A stretch of DNA of 64,000 nt from Botryllus schlosseri (Eukaryota): positions 19,530,001 through 19,594,000 of the forward strand of contig CM119379.1 of NCBI GenBank assembly GCA_051294905.1, written 5' to 3'. Below are positions 1 through 11,559 of this stretch, in pieces; positions within the stretch are counted from its first letter, which is position 1; the number at the start of each line of letters is the position of its first letter. A program made the translations under genes and the position numbers. A model generated the notes under the pieces. That model did no database searches and was not told the origin of the DNA. It saw only the letters and a list, made by a program, of their open reading frames with translations.

Positions 1-129
1 GTAAATTGCGATGCAACGACGCTTTCGAATAGATAAAAAGGGGAACGGTGTTTCAATCTAGCTGTGTTCATTCAACGGTCGATTGAAACTCTTCCGGGGT
101 AATCATATGAAATCTTACAAGTGGGCCGT

Positions 130-260
130 GCTAAAAGTTGGCAGCTACGGAAGAAAAATAAACAAGGTTGGTCTGGTGTAAATGACTATCGCAAAAAACA
201 CCATGAATACCACAAACAAACTAGGATTTTTCACACGAAATTCATTACTAGGGTAGAGAT
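130..260 (+). repeat. Dispersed repeat, second copy at about 17570-17670
   Basis: GCTACGGAA...CTGGTGTAAATGAC...AAACACCA.GAATACCACAAA shared between the two loci. Confidence 0.6.
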
Positions 261-782
261 GCGTCTTATACGTAGGAACCAAAACTCATGAGTAGAACCC
301 GTCCGATTATTACCGGTTCGCTAACAATATCGAGTCGACATCACATTGAAAAAATAGAGGTATCAGCAAAAGTAAAAAACAAGGATCTGAAATTTTCACG
401 ACGTCACAACATGGCAGTAAGGAGTCAGGACCATGTTCTGCTACTGCTAGAAATAGTGATATATTTGATATAGCTTAAAGGCACAGTCCAGATAAGTAGG
501 CCTACAGTCCTTCTAGTTGATTTCATGTCCAAGAATCCAAACGGCATTAAATCTGTTGAAAATCTGTTCTATATTCCAAAGTCAGTAGTCGCTTTCATCG
601 CAACATTCATTGCAAGAATACACTTATTAAAACTCAGAAACTTTTCGGGTGCTTTTTATCCGTAGTCATTGGCACACTAAAGGTATTCAAGCAGATTAAA
701 AAATGATACAAATTTGGCAAAGTATCACGTAACAAACGTAATTACGAACCAACAATTTAGCTATCGCTACAATCCAACTTAC

Positions 783-980
783 TTCCGACTTCAAATTTTT
801 GTTATCCCGTCTAAACTCGCTGCACTCCCGTTCGATTCTGGCTTTATCGTCGCTGGCTTCACTCAATTCCGCTTTCAGTTCGTCCTCCTTCGCCTTGTAA
901 TCTTCCAGCAATTCCGTGAGATCGCGGTTCTTGTCCCGCCAGAAATCCACATCGCCCTGCCCGGCGGCGCTGGTATAGTT
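783..980 (-). CDS. CEP290: CEP290 coding exon 3 (gene continues beyond left edge of window)
   Basis: AG acceptor at 982-981, GT donor at 782-781; 198 nt, phase 0. NYTSAAGQGDVDFWRDKNRDL...EFRRDNKNLKSE aligns by eye with CEP290 AQQSAGGRDTRFLRNE...SKLRRENKRLK coiled coil. Confidence 0.85.
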
Positions 981-1489
981 CTGCAAAGAGCAAATTGCAA
1001 TTTAAAAACTTTTGGTTGTTCTCGGAAAAAAAGACCAACTTTTCGTGTCGATTCAATTTTGTTTTGATCCGCTATCCTTCACTGCAATTAATAGGATATT
1101 GTGTTACAAAATTAAGACCGCAGTCTTTGAATAAGTCCTCTATGAGAGAAGTTAGAATACCGTTCCAATTTTGTGCTAACCTGTACTATGTCATGAATCT
1201 GTCAGCTGAAGAATTACCGTTTTTCTGTGTGTGTGTGATATGTGAGGGTATTTATACAATCATTTATACAAACATACATTCACTTCAATAGATCATGCAT
1301 GAGCTTGATTTGAGATCATGGTTTGAGCCAAATACATAAACAAATTGCAGCTTCAATCAAATATTCTATACCAGTGCTGCCAACATCAATATCAGGTAGA
1401 ATATAGAAAGGCAATATAACAATAATACTTTACTACTACAGAGCAACCAATGATTTAGTTCTCTTGATCTGAATTCTAAGTCCGTGAAA

Positions 1490-1889
1490 CAGGGTTACAA
1501 CTTGTAACCAAGTTACAAGGTTCCGAGTCACAAGTCAACTTGAAAAAGTCATTTTCAATTTGCTACCGAGTCAAGTCCGAGTCAGGTGGCAACAGGTCGA
1601 GTCCGAGTTATAGTGTAAAAGACTCGAGTCCAAGTCATAGTGTTTACTGTTCAGTATCGAGGTCAAGTCAGATTCGACACACTTCTGTGAAACTCTCGGG
1701 TAATATCGAAGGCCTCCGATTCATAATATACTCATTTTTCTCACTCAAAACATATTTATCTAAACAGATAAAAGACAGTTTTTGAGCTTATTTTCTAATT
1801 ATCGGTGCTGATATGCGAGACTTGAAAAAGTGTTATAGAATGTGTCGAGTCCTATACGAATAATTACGACTCGATTCATTATAACCATG
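1490..1889. mobile_element. hAT-type MITE rich in GACTCGAGTC/CGAGTC subterminal repeats
   Basis: Perfect 8-bp TSD CCGTGAAA (1482-1489 and 1890-1897); same family as 55786-56284. Confidence 0.8.
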
Positions 1890-2046
1890 CCGTGAAACCA
1901 TTGGCGAAATCTAGACTTTAATGACATAGCATATAGGCCTACCACACCATAGCAGGCCTGATTATTATTGAGAAGTAGCCTACATAAATTTCCCTCTATG
2001 CCCTACCAGCCTACAATAACAGTGTTCAACATAATTCACTCTATAG

Positions 2047-2346
2047 CAGTGGTTCTCAACCTGGGGGGCGTGAAAGCATCTGAAGGGGGGCGCGAAGAAG
2101 CGGTCAACTGAAAAAAAATTTCGCGCTCTGTGCGATTCACCTCCAATTCACCCATGTATCTCTATGTATAGACCGAATTTCATATTTTTGAATTCTCTAA
2201 TCAACAGTCATAACTTTCCATGTCATCAAACGATATGTTGGGGCTGTTATCATCCCGGTTGGATTTTTTGATATGACGATAAGGAGGGCGCGAGATTTTT
2301 CACTATCAAAAAGGGGGCGTGTCTAACAAAAGGTTGAGAACCCCTG
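2047..2346. mobile_element. hAT (Charlie-like) MITE
   Basis: TIRs CAGTGGTTCTCAACCT...AGGTTGAGAACCCCTG; perfect TSD CTCTATAG; same family as 10648-10951. Confidence 0.9.
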
Positions 2347-2401
2347 CTCTATAGCTAATAATGGAGGTCGCGTCATCTTATGTTCAAACCCGGCCAGTTA
2401 C

Positions 2402-2506
2402 CTGCTCAGCTCTCAGTTGTTGCTGCAATTCCGCTATCTTCCTTTCTTGCTCTGCTTCTGTTTTTGCTTGTTCGTCCAAAAGTTCTTCGGTCTCTTGTTC
2501 TCGAAA
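2402..2506 (-). CDS. CEP290: CEP290 coding exon 2
   Basis: 105 nt, phase 0, ttag acceptor and GTAACT donor; FREQETEELLDEQAKTEAEQERKIAELQQQLRAEQ resembles CEP290 AQEVELALEEVEKAGEEQAK. Preceded by a 66-nt intron (2507-2572). Confidence 0.85.
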
Positions 2507-2572
2507 CTAAACCAACACGAGGTTAGCGGGAGTCATAGCGCAAAATATCGAAATATTATGACCCTCACTCAC

Positions 2573-2746
2573 GTCGTAGGCCTTTAGCGCTGACTTGAAG
2601 AGTACATACAATTTTGCCGGGTCATCCTTGAAGTCCGGTTCCTGAATCGATCGCAAATCTTCGATCACTTTATCCACCACCTCATCATTAACGGAAGAAC
2701 CATCCACTAGGCCGTCCAGAATATTCCAATCAATGTTGGGTGGCAT
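2573..2746 (-). CDS. CEP290: CEP290 coding exon 1 (start codon)
   Basis: ATG at 2746 gives MPPNIDW..., matching the CEP290 N-terminus MPPNINW; 174 nt ending at a GTGAGT donor. Confidence 0.85.
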
Positions 2747-2906
2747 GACGACGGACACCCAAACTCTATACGCTATATTTACAATGAGAATGTAGTGAAT
2801 GATTACAATTTATTATTGAACAAATTTCATAAAAACAATTTTCTCGCATCACCGATTAATGCAGTCTTTGACATTACAATTACACAAAGAAAAGAACATT
2901 TCTGAA

Positions 2907-3084
2907 CAATGTTACCTCTAAGCTGCGCAGTGCTGACACGGTCTCTGCGCACAGAAAATCTAAGCTGCACACAAAAAATCCGAAGTGATGACCTTCTTTT
3001 TAGTCGTTACGCACTGTTTTCCAAGGGACTGCGCAGTGGGTTGGTGAGTGTGCGCAGGCTCGTGTAAAATTAGAGGGAAAATAG
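2907..3084. mobile_element. Short hAT-type MITE just upstream of the CEP290 start codon
   Basis: Imperfect TIRs CAATGTTACCTCTAA...TTAGAGGGAAAATAG; TSD TTTCTGAA/TTTCTGAC (7/8). Confidence 0.65.
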
Positions 3085-4810
3085 TTTCTGACACTCCCTG
3101 AGCTCTATCAGTATTCGTAGACGACTTGAATTATGCCAGACCAGACAAAACAAAAATAATCCTCGAATGAACCAACGTTCACTTATATTTTCAACACACA
3201 ACACCGCAAGACTGTCCTGTGCACAGTTTTGCTTCTTTTCACTATGTTTAATATCAAGGACATATCCACAAACGTACCGTAATAAATCTGGTGAATTTGC
3301 TTGTCTACTACCAAGTGCGATTTATATATCAGAAAAAAATGTGAAATCAAATTTGAAATAATCACAAGTTACCGTATTATACTAAAAGAAAGAGAGTATA
3401 ATAGCATGTGCAAATGTTTTTTGATCAGACACCCACTTTGGCTTAGAACATGTAAATAAGAGGCATAGACACAGAATAAGAAGTAACAAGAGATAACATA
3501 AACGGACAAGCGATGACAATGAAGTAGCATGTGAGAGACTGAGAGTGAGAGCATAGCCAGTAAGCAAAGTCGATAAGTCGTGGTCCGGCTGAAAAGTATA
3601 CAGTAGCTTTGAATTTCTAGTGATAATCTGATGCATTCAAGCAGCCATTAATACTATATGTCACTCATTATAAAATCTGCAACCACACATCCCAAATTTC
3701 AAACAGTAAAACCGCGACCGACCCAAACAAACAAGCTTCGCTTGGCTAACTGGCCTTGGAAACGAAAGTTTGCTCCGCAGCGCTATCTGCTGTGTGTGAG
3801 TTGGAGATGATGTGGTTGGCTGGTTGCAGAATTTGAGCAACTCTCCAGTGGATCTGGGTTCATCGTGGCCACTGGCCAGACGCCAGATCATTCTTCGTCG
3901 CCGAAATATTTCTGATATCAATTTCAGATGCATACTTCGACATTTTAAACGCATAGACAACTAATCTTCAACGTACGAGATGCCGTCGTTTTATTTGATT
4001 GAGATAAAGTGGCGCGCTTATCGTCCTGGTGCGCCACGGCAAAAATTGCGTATTACAAGTCACAAGTCATTTACCTAGAAATGGCTAAAATTATCGCATT
4101 GCTGGACAAGACCAACTTGGTTTGGCTGCACGAGAAGGTTATATGGGGTGAGTTCTAAGTTCCAGTTCGAACATAAATTGTCGTCGTTTTATCATAGTAT
4201 AGATAACTAACCTACGTGGGTTAATTATCTATAATCATAGTCCGTCTATGCTTTTACTTCACAAAACAGTTCTCTTTCCACTAATTGCGTATTTTCATTT
4301 AAATTCAATCAGTATGCTGCGTTGATACGTTGTATTCAAAGCGCATATGTTCGATATAATAATGCTACAGTTATCTAAACAGACTGTAGCTCTAACTAAA
4401 CGACCTTTCGATATAGCATAGGTCCCGCAATTTTTTTACGATAACATTGTGAAATTGCCCGATGTCTGTCATTCGATAGTGAAATCGATTCTAATACACC
4501 CACTGTCCCACAAGCTCTTCGCCTTGCTAGTTTGCCACAGAATTGAGGCTTTATATATCATATATAATTAGAAATACGATCCACTCAATTTGATTCCAAA
4601 CTGCTATCGTGATATTCATCGAAGTTGGGTCACCATGCTAAAAATCCAAAACAGAGCGGGAAGCGCATTATTTTTCCAGTGCTCTAGCTAACTAGAATAT
4701 TGGTGTCAATCGCTGGTGCCAGTCCGCGCCAACTTTCCTGTCAGGTCGACAAATACGTTAAAATGTTATGTAAATGCAATTTCTTAAGCGCTTGTCCAGA
4801 CCAAGTAGGC

Positions 4811-6411
4811 CAGGGGTCGGCAACCTTTTGCTGGTCGCGGGCCACATTCCGAGTGCACAACTTTTGGCGGGCCGGAATTTTTCTTGATACTATATTTAAC
4901 GCTCATGTCGGTTTAGTACCCTACATTGCTGCAATCTCAATCATACAAATCACAAAAAGGGCAAAACACATGTATTTACACTTCAACAACGCAGCATAAA
5001 TGTGACATTTGGCGCAGCATGCTTTGTGAAAGAATTTCAACTTGTAATAACAAGTCAGATGAAGCAATAATCAAACCACATTCTAAATGGGCATTAAAAT
5101 ACGTGATATTAGCTTGCTCTTCGTGAATTCCATTGTTTTAAACTATTTTTCACATGCGTACGTGCTATCAAAAGTCGATGCCATTTCTTTTGCATTGTTG
5201 GTCAGCTGGGATAAAGACCCATTTCAAGAACGTATACTCTTTGTCAAAGTCATGGAGCGATATGCTCTTTGTATGAAATTTGTCTTTCAATTCAACTGCA
5301 TCGCATTTCAAAAGGGCCCATTTGAAATTTCCAGGCAGCGGTATTGGCGCTTACATTAAACCGAGTACTGAGCATAGTCAGAATATATTTTGTACAGAAC
5401 GAATGCCGGAAAAGCGGGTGCAAATTCAGTAATTAAATTTCGTATGGCAGTTACAAAGGTTTAGTGCTGGTACTAGAGGTTTACACTCCACCAGTATAGG
5501 AAAGTGAGCATAATTTTCTTTTTACTGTTGACATTCCCAGAGTCGCAGTTTTGTTTCGAATGCTCCTCAACATCTCAAAATTCAATTTGTTAGATGTGAC
5601 GTTAAATGTACTACGAAAGCAAGATAAGATACCCATTTTCGATGACAAGATTATGAGTCGGCAATGCTTGTATTTTCAAGGAAAGTTGCTATTTCGTTTC
5701 TCAGTTCATACACTCGTGCAAGGATAGCGGCTCGACTTAATGTGCGAACATGCCAGATATACAGGACATCGCCATATTGATTCTCTGCTTCTAGTAATAT
5801 GTGGGGTAGGCTAACTGTCGGTGATCAAGTTTGTGAGACAAAATCAGCTTTCCCCACTGTGTCCAAAACACTATTCAGGTTTGTTGTCTTGGCGTACAAT
5901 GTCTTCTGGTGAATTAAACTGCAGATGACTAACCTACGGCGGCTGGTTATCTCAGATGAAAGGGAAAGTTTGAGATTTTGTCATTGCGTCTGAGATGTTC
6001 CAAGCGTTTTTGAAGCAGAGGAACCGCACCTTAATGTCGCACCCTATCAGAGTGGCAACCCCTTAAAAAGTATGGTATACCTGTGGTTGCGCGACGCACA
6101 CGCTTTGTAAGCACTTGTCTAGTCTACTCTACATACATTCTCCATCTCCTAATTTTAGCACGAGATAGGCTACTAATCAACAGCCTTCGCATCAGTTTTA
6201 TGGCGTAACAATGGACCAATACGACGTACGATACTTACATGTTACATCGTAGCAATGCCGCATTCTTACCAAGCAGTGCTGCATTGCAGATTGAAACTCA
6301 TTACGAAACGGCGGGCCGTATTCTTGTGGCAACTAATTATTTCGTCGCGGGCCGGACGATTTCGCTTGGCGGGCCGGATCCGGCCCGCGGGCCGTAGGTT
6401 GCCGACCCTTG
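4811..6411 (-). mobile_element. Internally deleted hAT transposon with decayed Buster/GTF2IRD2-type transposase
   Basis: TIRs CAGGGGTCGGCAACCT...AGGTTGCCGACCCTTG and perfect TSD AAGTAGGC. Broken minus-strand remnants: CSLIHQKTLYAK (about 5860-5930), LSRAAILARVYELRNEI (about 5680-5770), STFDSTYACEK...SKL...HL (about 5050-5200). Confidence 0.9.
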
Positions 6412-6432
6412 AAGTAGGCTGTATTTTATGGT

Positions 6433-6438
6433 CTTTAT
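6433..6438 (-). terminator. Candidate polyadenylation signal of the TRIM gene
   Basis: AATAAA on the minus strand about 290 nt after the stop codon; motif evidence only. Confidence 0.35.
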
Positions 6439-6723
6439 TTTCTGCTTCCACTTAAAGTAGTTTCTACTTCTGCTTGAGTACCAACGATAACTACTTTGAT
6501 TATATCCGGTACCGGATATAAGATGATAACATGCAACTATTCATTGTGAGCGCAGAATGAATCGTATGAAGTCGGTGGTCATGCTTATTATATATAAATC
6601 ATCACAACAGTTGTCTGTATTTTAGTAGGCCTGTAACTCATCTTCACATATAACTCATATATATTCGTATATCAAAGAATAATGAACAAAGAGACACCGG
6701 CACAATTGTACGCACTACATTCA

Positions 6724-6873
6724 CTACAAATAATGATATATTTTAATGCATTGGTTTCCCGAGTCAGCTACCGCAACGAAACCGTCTTGTATGAGACTGA
6801 CTCCTTGCGGGCCGTAGAGTGGATCGCCGTTCGTATTGACGTACGAAAGGAAAGACCCGTGTCTATCAAATAC
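6724..6873 (-). CDS. TRIM3: TRIM2/3-like NHL protein, last coding exon
   Basis: [52 protein letters not shown] closely matches the TRIM2/3 C-terminal NHL repeat; ttccag acceptor. Confidence 0.93.
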   Translation of the reverse strand, partial: VFDRHGSFLSYVNTNGDPLYGPQGVSLIQDGFVAVADSGNQCIKIYHYL

Positions 6874-7427
6874 CTGGAAATAAAAATAAAATGATTGGCC
6901 TACACTATACAGAGGTTTTCATTTCCATAGTACTTATTTTTAAGAGTAGTCTACTCAAGTAAGACTTCCACTTCGAATCAACAGTTCGCAATACTTCTTA
7001 CTTTTTAGACTTTGGATTTTGTAAAGTATAAAGTAGTTTCGAGGCATGTTTTCGTCGTGTTTACTAGTGAAATAGTCCCTATTGTGGTAATTGAATGTGT
7101 TTTCGAAGATTCCATCAACATGGAGTGGCATTAGTCATATGCGCTAGCCGTGAAGACGCACCCGGCAATTTCAAAAGTACATAGACACCTTCTATCCGCT
7201 ACGTCACGACCAAATTTACCGTTTGAAACTCCCTACTCCAAGTACTTTTCAAATGTTCATTTTTTAATTCCTCTTGAAGTAGTTTTAACGTATCCTGGAT
7301 ATTGTTACATCTACTTACAATTGAATATAATTTTATTGGGTCGGTTCTACTTAATTACCATTGATTATTACTTTGACCTTCTCTGACACCTATATAGCAA
7401 AACCCCTACTCAACAAGCACTGCATAC

Positions 7428-7568
7428 CTGTAAACGACTGTTTCCCCAATCTGCAACAATAAGGTTTCCCTGTGAGTCTATGGCCAGCCCAGTCGGCGCA
7501 TTGAATTGTCCACACCCTTCCCCGGAAGATCCAATGACACCTAAGCAATCTCCCCGGGATGAAAACAC
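7428..7568 (-). CDS. TRIM3: TRIM2/3-like exon 6 (NHL)
   Basis: 141 nt, phase 0; [47 protein letters not shown]; GTATGC donor. Confidence 0.93.
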
Positions 7569-7646
7569 CTACACATAACAAATCAACAAACTAATAGTCA
7601 GGCAAATGATTTCAAACATTGATTCAGTACAGTAAGGTCTGCCTAC

Positions 7647-7849
7647 TTTTACACAGTGATTGTAGAAGTCCGAAACGTAGAAAAAGTTCTCTTTGTTAAC
7701 TGCAACGAAATGCGGGCCGGCCAGCTGGTGGGGCTCCGTGCCTTGCGACCCGAATTTCGTAATCAGGCGGCCGTTTATTTGAAATACAAATATCCCGCAC
7801 AGCTTGTTGTCGACGACTACCATGTGTCCATTTTGGTCGAGACATACTC
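7647..7849 (-). CDS. TRIM3: TRIM2/3-like exon 5 (NHL)
   Basis: (G)VCLDQNGHMVVVDNKLCGIFVFQINGRLITKFGSQGTEPHQLAGPHFVAVNKENFFYVSDFYNHCVK; phase 1 in, phase 0 out. Confidence 0.93.
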
Positions 7850-8465
7850 CTGAATAGGAATTGAAACATTATGCCAAAAGGGTCGACACAAAGAGTGAAC
7901 ATATTCGGGTTCATTTCAATATGAATATACTATTCAATTGTATAAAGAGTGAATTATAGATTATACGGAATAGGCTTCTGGAGGTGCAATACTCCAAGAT
8001 TGAGAAAAACAATATAATCATATTGCCGAAGTTTTTTCACTCTAAGCTTTTCGATTGACTCTCATTAGCATCGAACGCCAGTAGAATAAATTCGAGCAAT
8101 ATAATATCTTGTGTTGTTTCATGAGAACATACGGAGTTACGATCATATAGTAACTGATGATATAATATTGTTCCAGAAAGAGCTGCAATATATTTCAAGC
8201 TGGTACGGTAGAATGGGAAAGAGTTTTTAAGATCCTGAAGTAGTCTCAAGTAATTTAGAGGCTACATGTAAGGCGAAATTTGATATATGTGGGGTTTAAC
8301 TCCCCGGATATTTGTGACGATTTCGTCTTATTAATTGCGTTTGTTAAATCATTCGATTAACTATACATCATCGTTGAAAATAACCTTGAAAACTATATAA
8401 ATTAGCAACGTTTAAAAAGCTGTTGCTTTTTTATTAGAAGCCATATTCGCTTAGTATTTGTATAC

Positions 8466-8624
8466 CTTTGGGACCCATTAACTTTCCGGATCCAATGTTC
8501 CGTTTGTGCTTGCCGTTTTCGCCATATAACTTCACGACTTTGTTATCGTAGTCGGACACGGCTATATCACCACTGGTGAGACCGTATATCCCGGTCGGAC
8601 GCTGTACTTGGTGATTACCGCGAC
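8466..8624 (-). CDS. TRIM3: TRIM2/3-like exon 4 (NHL)
   Basis: (G)RGNHQVQRPTGIYGLTSGDIAVSDYDNKVVKLYGENGKHKRNIGSGKLMGPK; phase 1 at both ends; follows a 71-nt intron (8625-8695). Confidence 0.92.
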
Positions 8625-8695
8625 CTGGACATTGCGAAGAAACATTTCACTTGCATTTTACCATAGCATATCGGTGCCGATATCAACAGCTTCAC

Positions 8696-8916
8696 CTCTT
8701 TCGCCGAACTTGAAGAGAAACTTGTGCTCCCGTTGCTTATTCGGGTCAATTGAAAACACCTGGATACATTGGTTTGTACTGTCAGACACGAGAAGCCTTC
8801 CCAAGCGGTCGACGGAAATGCCTTGGGGATTCGAGAATTGTCCCTTCGCCCGACCCTTGCACCCTATTTTCATCACTAAATCGTATTCGGCAATTTTTCT
8901 CGGTGAATTGGTATGC
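8696..8916 (-). CDS. TRIM3: TRIM2/3-like exon 3 (first NHL repeat)
   Basis: HTNSPRKIAEYDLVMKIGCKGRAKGQFSNPQGISVDRLGRLLVSDSTNQCIQVFSIDPNKQREHKFLFKFGER; phase 2 in, phase 1 out (AGAG|GTGAAG). Confidence 0.92.
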
Positions 8917-8949
8917 CTGCAAAGTGAAGATCAGGGACATTGATCATAT

Positions 8950-9038
8950 AGTTTCAATACCTTCCCATCTTTCGTTGTATCGCAGTCTTGTGGTGTATGG
9001 AAATGATGAAATTTTTAGCAATAAATTGATTTGAATTG
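8950..9038 (+). mobile_element. Very short 3' tail of the same LINE family as 13220-13682 (or a SINE sharing it)
   Basis: ACCTTCCCATCTTTC...TATCGCAGTCTT...TAGCAATAAATTGATTTGAATTG closely resembles about 13600-13682. Confidence 0.7.
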
Positions 9039-10364
9039 AAAATAGAACGCTTTGCTGTAGTTTGATAAGTTAGCGGGTTTAAACGTATAGGCCCGGGATA
9101 AACGTGGGTAAGCACAGTTGACACTTTGTGTATAGATAACTAAACTCCGTAGGTGGGTTATCATGAATTGGGTGGATTGAAATTGTTAACAAAGACATGA
9201 CATCACGGATCCTTTGTGACGTCTTAAACGCATATGACGTCACAATGTCAAAGCGAAGCGCTTTTGCGGGGGAGGGCTCCACCTCGTTTATTTTTGCAAA
9301 TTTATTACTACACTTAGAATTTTATCAGGCGAATCATTTCACCGTGACAGCAGTCAATGAATTCAGACAAGGTTCGAAGAATATACAAGCATACAGCTTA
9401 TTGATCTTCTTCTTCTTGGTAGGTAGATAGAAAGGTTCACGCCAACAGTATATTTAACGAATATAATGCTTCGCGGCATACGAAATATTGTATATTTGAG
9501 ACGATCCATCGTACCTGCTATTGTTCAAGGTAAATTCAACGAACGAATGCCATCTGGTAAGGTATAGCGGTATCGAGTGATCTCACATTGTCAATACTAA
9601 AATACCAGTCTTCGAACCAGATTGAGTCATCAGAACAGATATTATACGTAGGGTCATTATTGTACCAATTTGAAATAGATATATGGACTAACATCGCGTA
9701 TCGAACAAACACGATTTTGCCGTGAAATTGTAAGCTCCGTATTGTCAATTACATGAGCGTATACAAATCGGGCACCACCAGCCAACCGACGCAGCCAATT
9801 CAAATAAGCTCTGATCCAGGCGGATTATGTCACGCCGGCATTTGGCGATTTCCTTATTCAGTATTAGAAGAAGTATCGTCAATAACAAAGTACTATACTT
9901 TTTTCGGAGTACTCAGGAATAGGTTTTGCCTATACTTATGCTTTTAGACTACTTCCACTTCTACTCGAATAGTGTTTTGGTAAAAACCTTCATACTTTAT
10001 ACACTTTGAATCGTGAAAAGTAGAAAATAGTTTGGGATAAGTAACGTCACTTTTATGGGAGAGATTATCGTAGGAACAGCGTGAAATTGCACCCGGTATC
10101 ATCACGGTGATTGAATAAATATTTTTCATAATTGTATCTGTTCGCAATGTCGTTAGTCAACTCATTTCGCGTGAGTCGCTAGCTACATCTTGCAGTCTTG
10201 CAAAAAGCCACAGCCGATTAACTGCTAAAATTACGCGACGCCTTGACCAACTCTACTTCTTTGTACTGCATCTCTGAGCAGTTTTCAGGCCCTGTCATGT
10301 CATGCTATTGCAACTTGTCAGTGAGCAGCAATTTACAACGTAACTTACACTACTAGTTATAAGT

Positions 10365-11429
10365 CGGACCTGGGCAAAGCGCTGCCCGCGAAAAGATTCT
10401 TGGAATTTAAAACATACAACCTACTTTTTAATGTTGCTGCGTGGACGAAAACCATAGGCTGTATAAATTGAACCGAAAATTCGTTTACTTTCAAGCCTGT
10501 TCATTGATATGTCGAGATTACGCACCCTATACGTACCTCGCATGCGTAATCCAGATTCAAAATAAAGTCAATGTGGCAAATTATGCCGTAGCAGTCAAAG
10601 TCACAAGAATTCGCCATTCGTTGGCATTGTTGCACTACGCATTACACCAGTGGTTCTCAAACAGGGGGCGCGCCAACCTTGTGGGCGTGAAAGCATCTGA
10701 AGGGGGCGCGAAGCCACGGTCATCTGAAAATAATTTTGCGCTCCGCGCGATTTACCTTTAATTCATATTTCCTGCTCTGTATATAGTGCGAATTTCGTAT
10801 TTGAGAATTCTATCATCAACAGTCATAACCTTCCATGCCATCAAACTATCCGTTGGAATTGTCAGCATTCTTATTTCATTTTGTGATATGGGGGTTGCGG
10901 GATTTTTCGCTATCATAAAGGGGGGTGTCTAAAAATTTCTGAGAAACACTACATTACACGGTCTGATGACAAAAACACGAAGACATACATTCTGTCAACG
11001 GAGGGAGAATTTGAGAAAACCTGTAAGCTTCGCTCCACAACAAGGCTATTTCGCCAAGGTACACAGTGCTCTGAAGGCAGCGACCAAGATAATAAGCTGT
11101 GTAACATCCCAAAAACATTCTGATGTCTTGATAGAAAAACGCGGATAGTGATTTAAAGAGAGTTCAAAAGGTATCATGTTTACCATTGTTTCGAAATATG
11201 GCGGCAAATAAATATTTTTTTTGTAGTTAAACGTCACTTTCTCATTCCCTAATATCAACACAAAACCACTGAGCAGCATTTATTAGATGTGATTCACTGC
11301 TTTCAATTTAGAATTACAATTAATGCGCTGGAGAACACAGCCAAATATTTTTACTCGGCCCGCCAACGTATTTTCTGCTTTTCATTTGGCCCGCGAAGAA
11401 AAAGAATTACCCCGCAGTGCCCACCCCTG
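10365..11429. mobile_element. Old hAT element hosting a nested MITE
   Basis: Degenerate TIRs CGGACCTGGGCAAAG...GTGCCCACCCCTG with GGCCCGC subterminal motifs; weak transposase C-terminal remnant (HSALKAAT); no clean TSD. Confidence 0.55.
10648..10951. mobile_element. hAT MITE (same family as 2047-2346), nested in an older hAT element
   Basis: CAGTGGTTCTCAAA...TGAGAAACACTA with perfect TSD CATTACAC; internal similarity to 2047-2346. Confidence 0.85.
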
Positions 11430-11559
11430 ACTTGAGTGGTAACGCTGACTACTTTGATCACCTCTGGTCTTGTGCACCGCATTGTACATTGTATGGCTTG
11501 AGTGGATAAAAATAACAAAATAAGCTGATTATGATTATGATGGTGCTTTGTGAACGTAC

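Noticed and set aside
3661-3960. 99-aa minus-strand ORF between TRIM and CEP290
   Set aside because: No similarity to a known protein and not spliceable into either gene model.
8625-8662. Alternative donor at 8661 (TG|GTAAAA) in the TRIM gene
   Set aside because: It leaves a 37-nt intron and creates an in-frame stop; the 8695 donor restores the NHL alignment.
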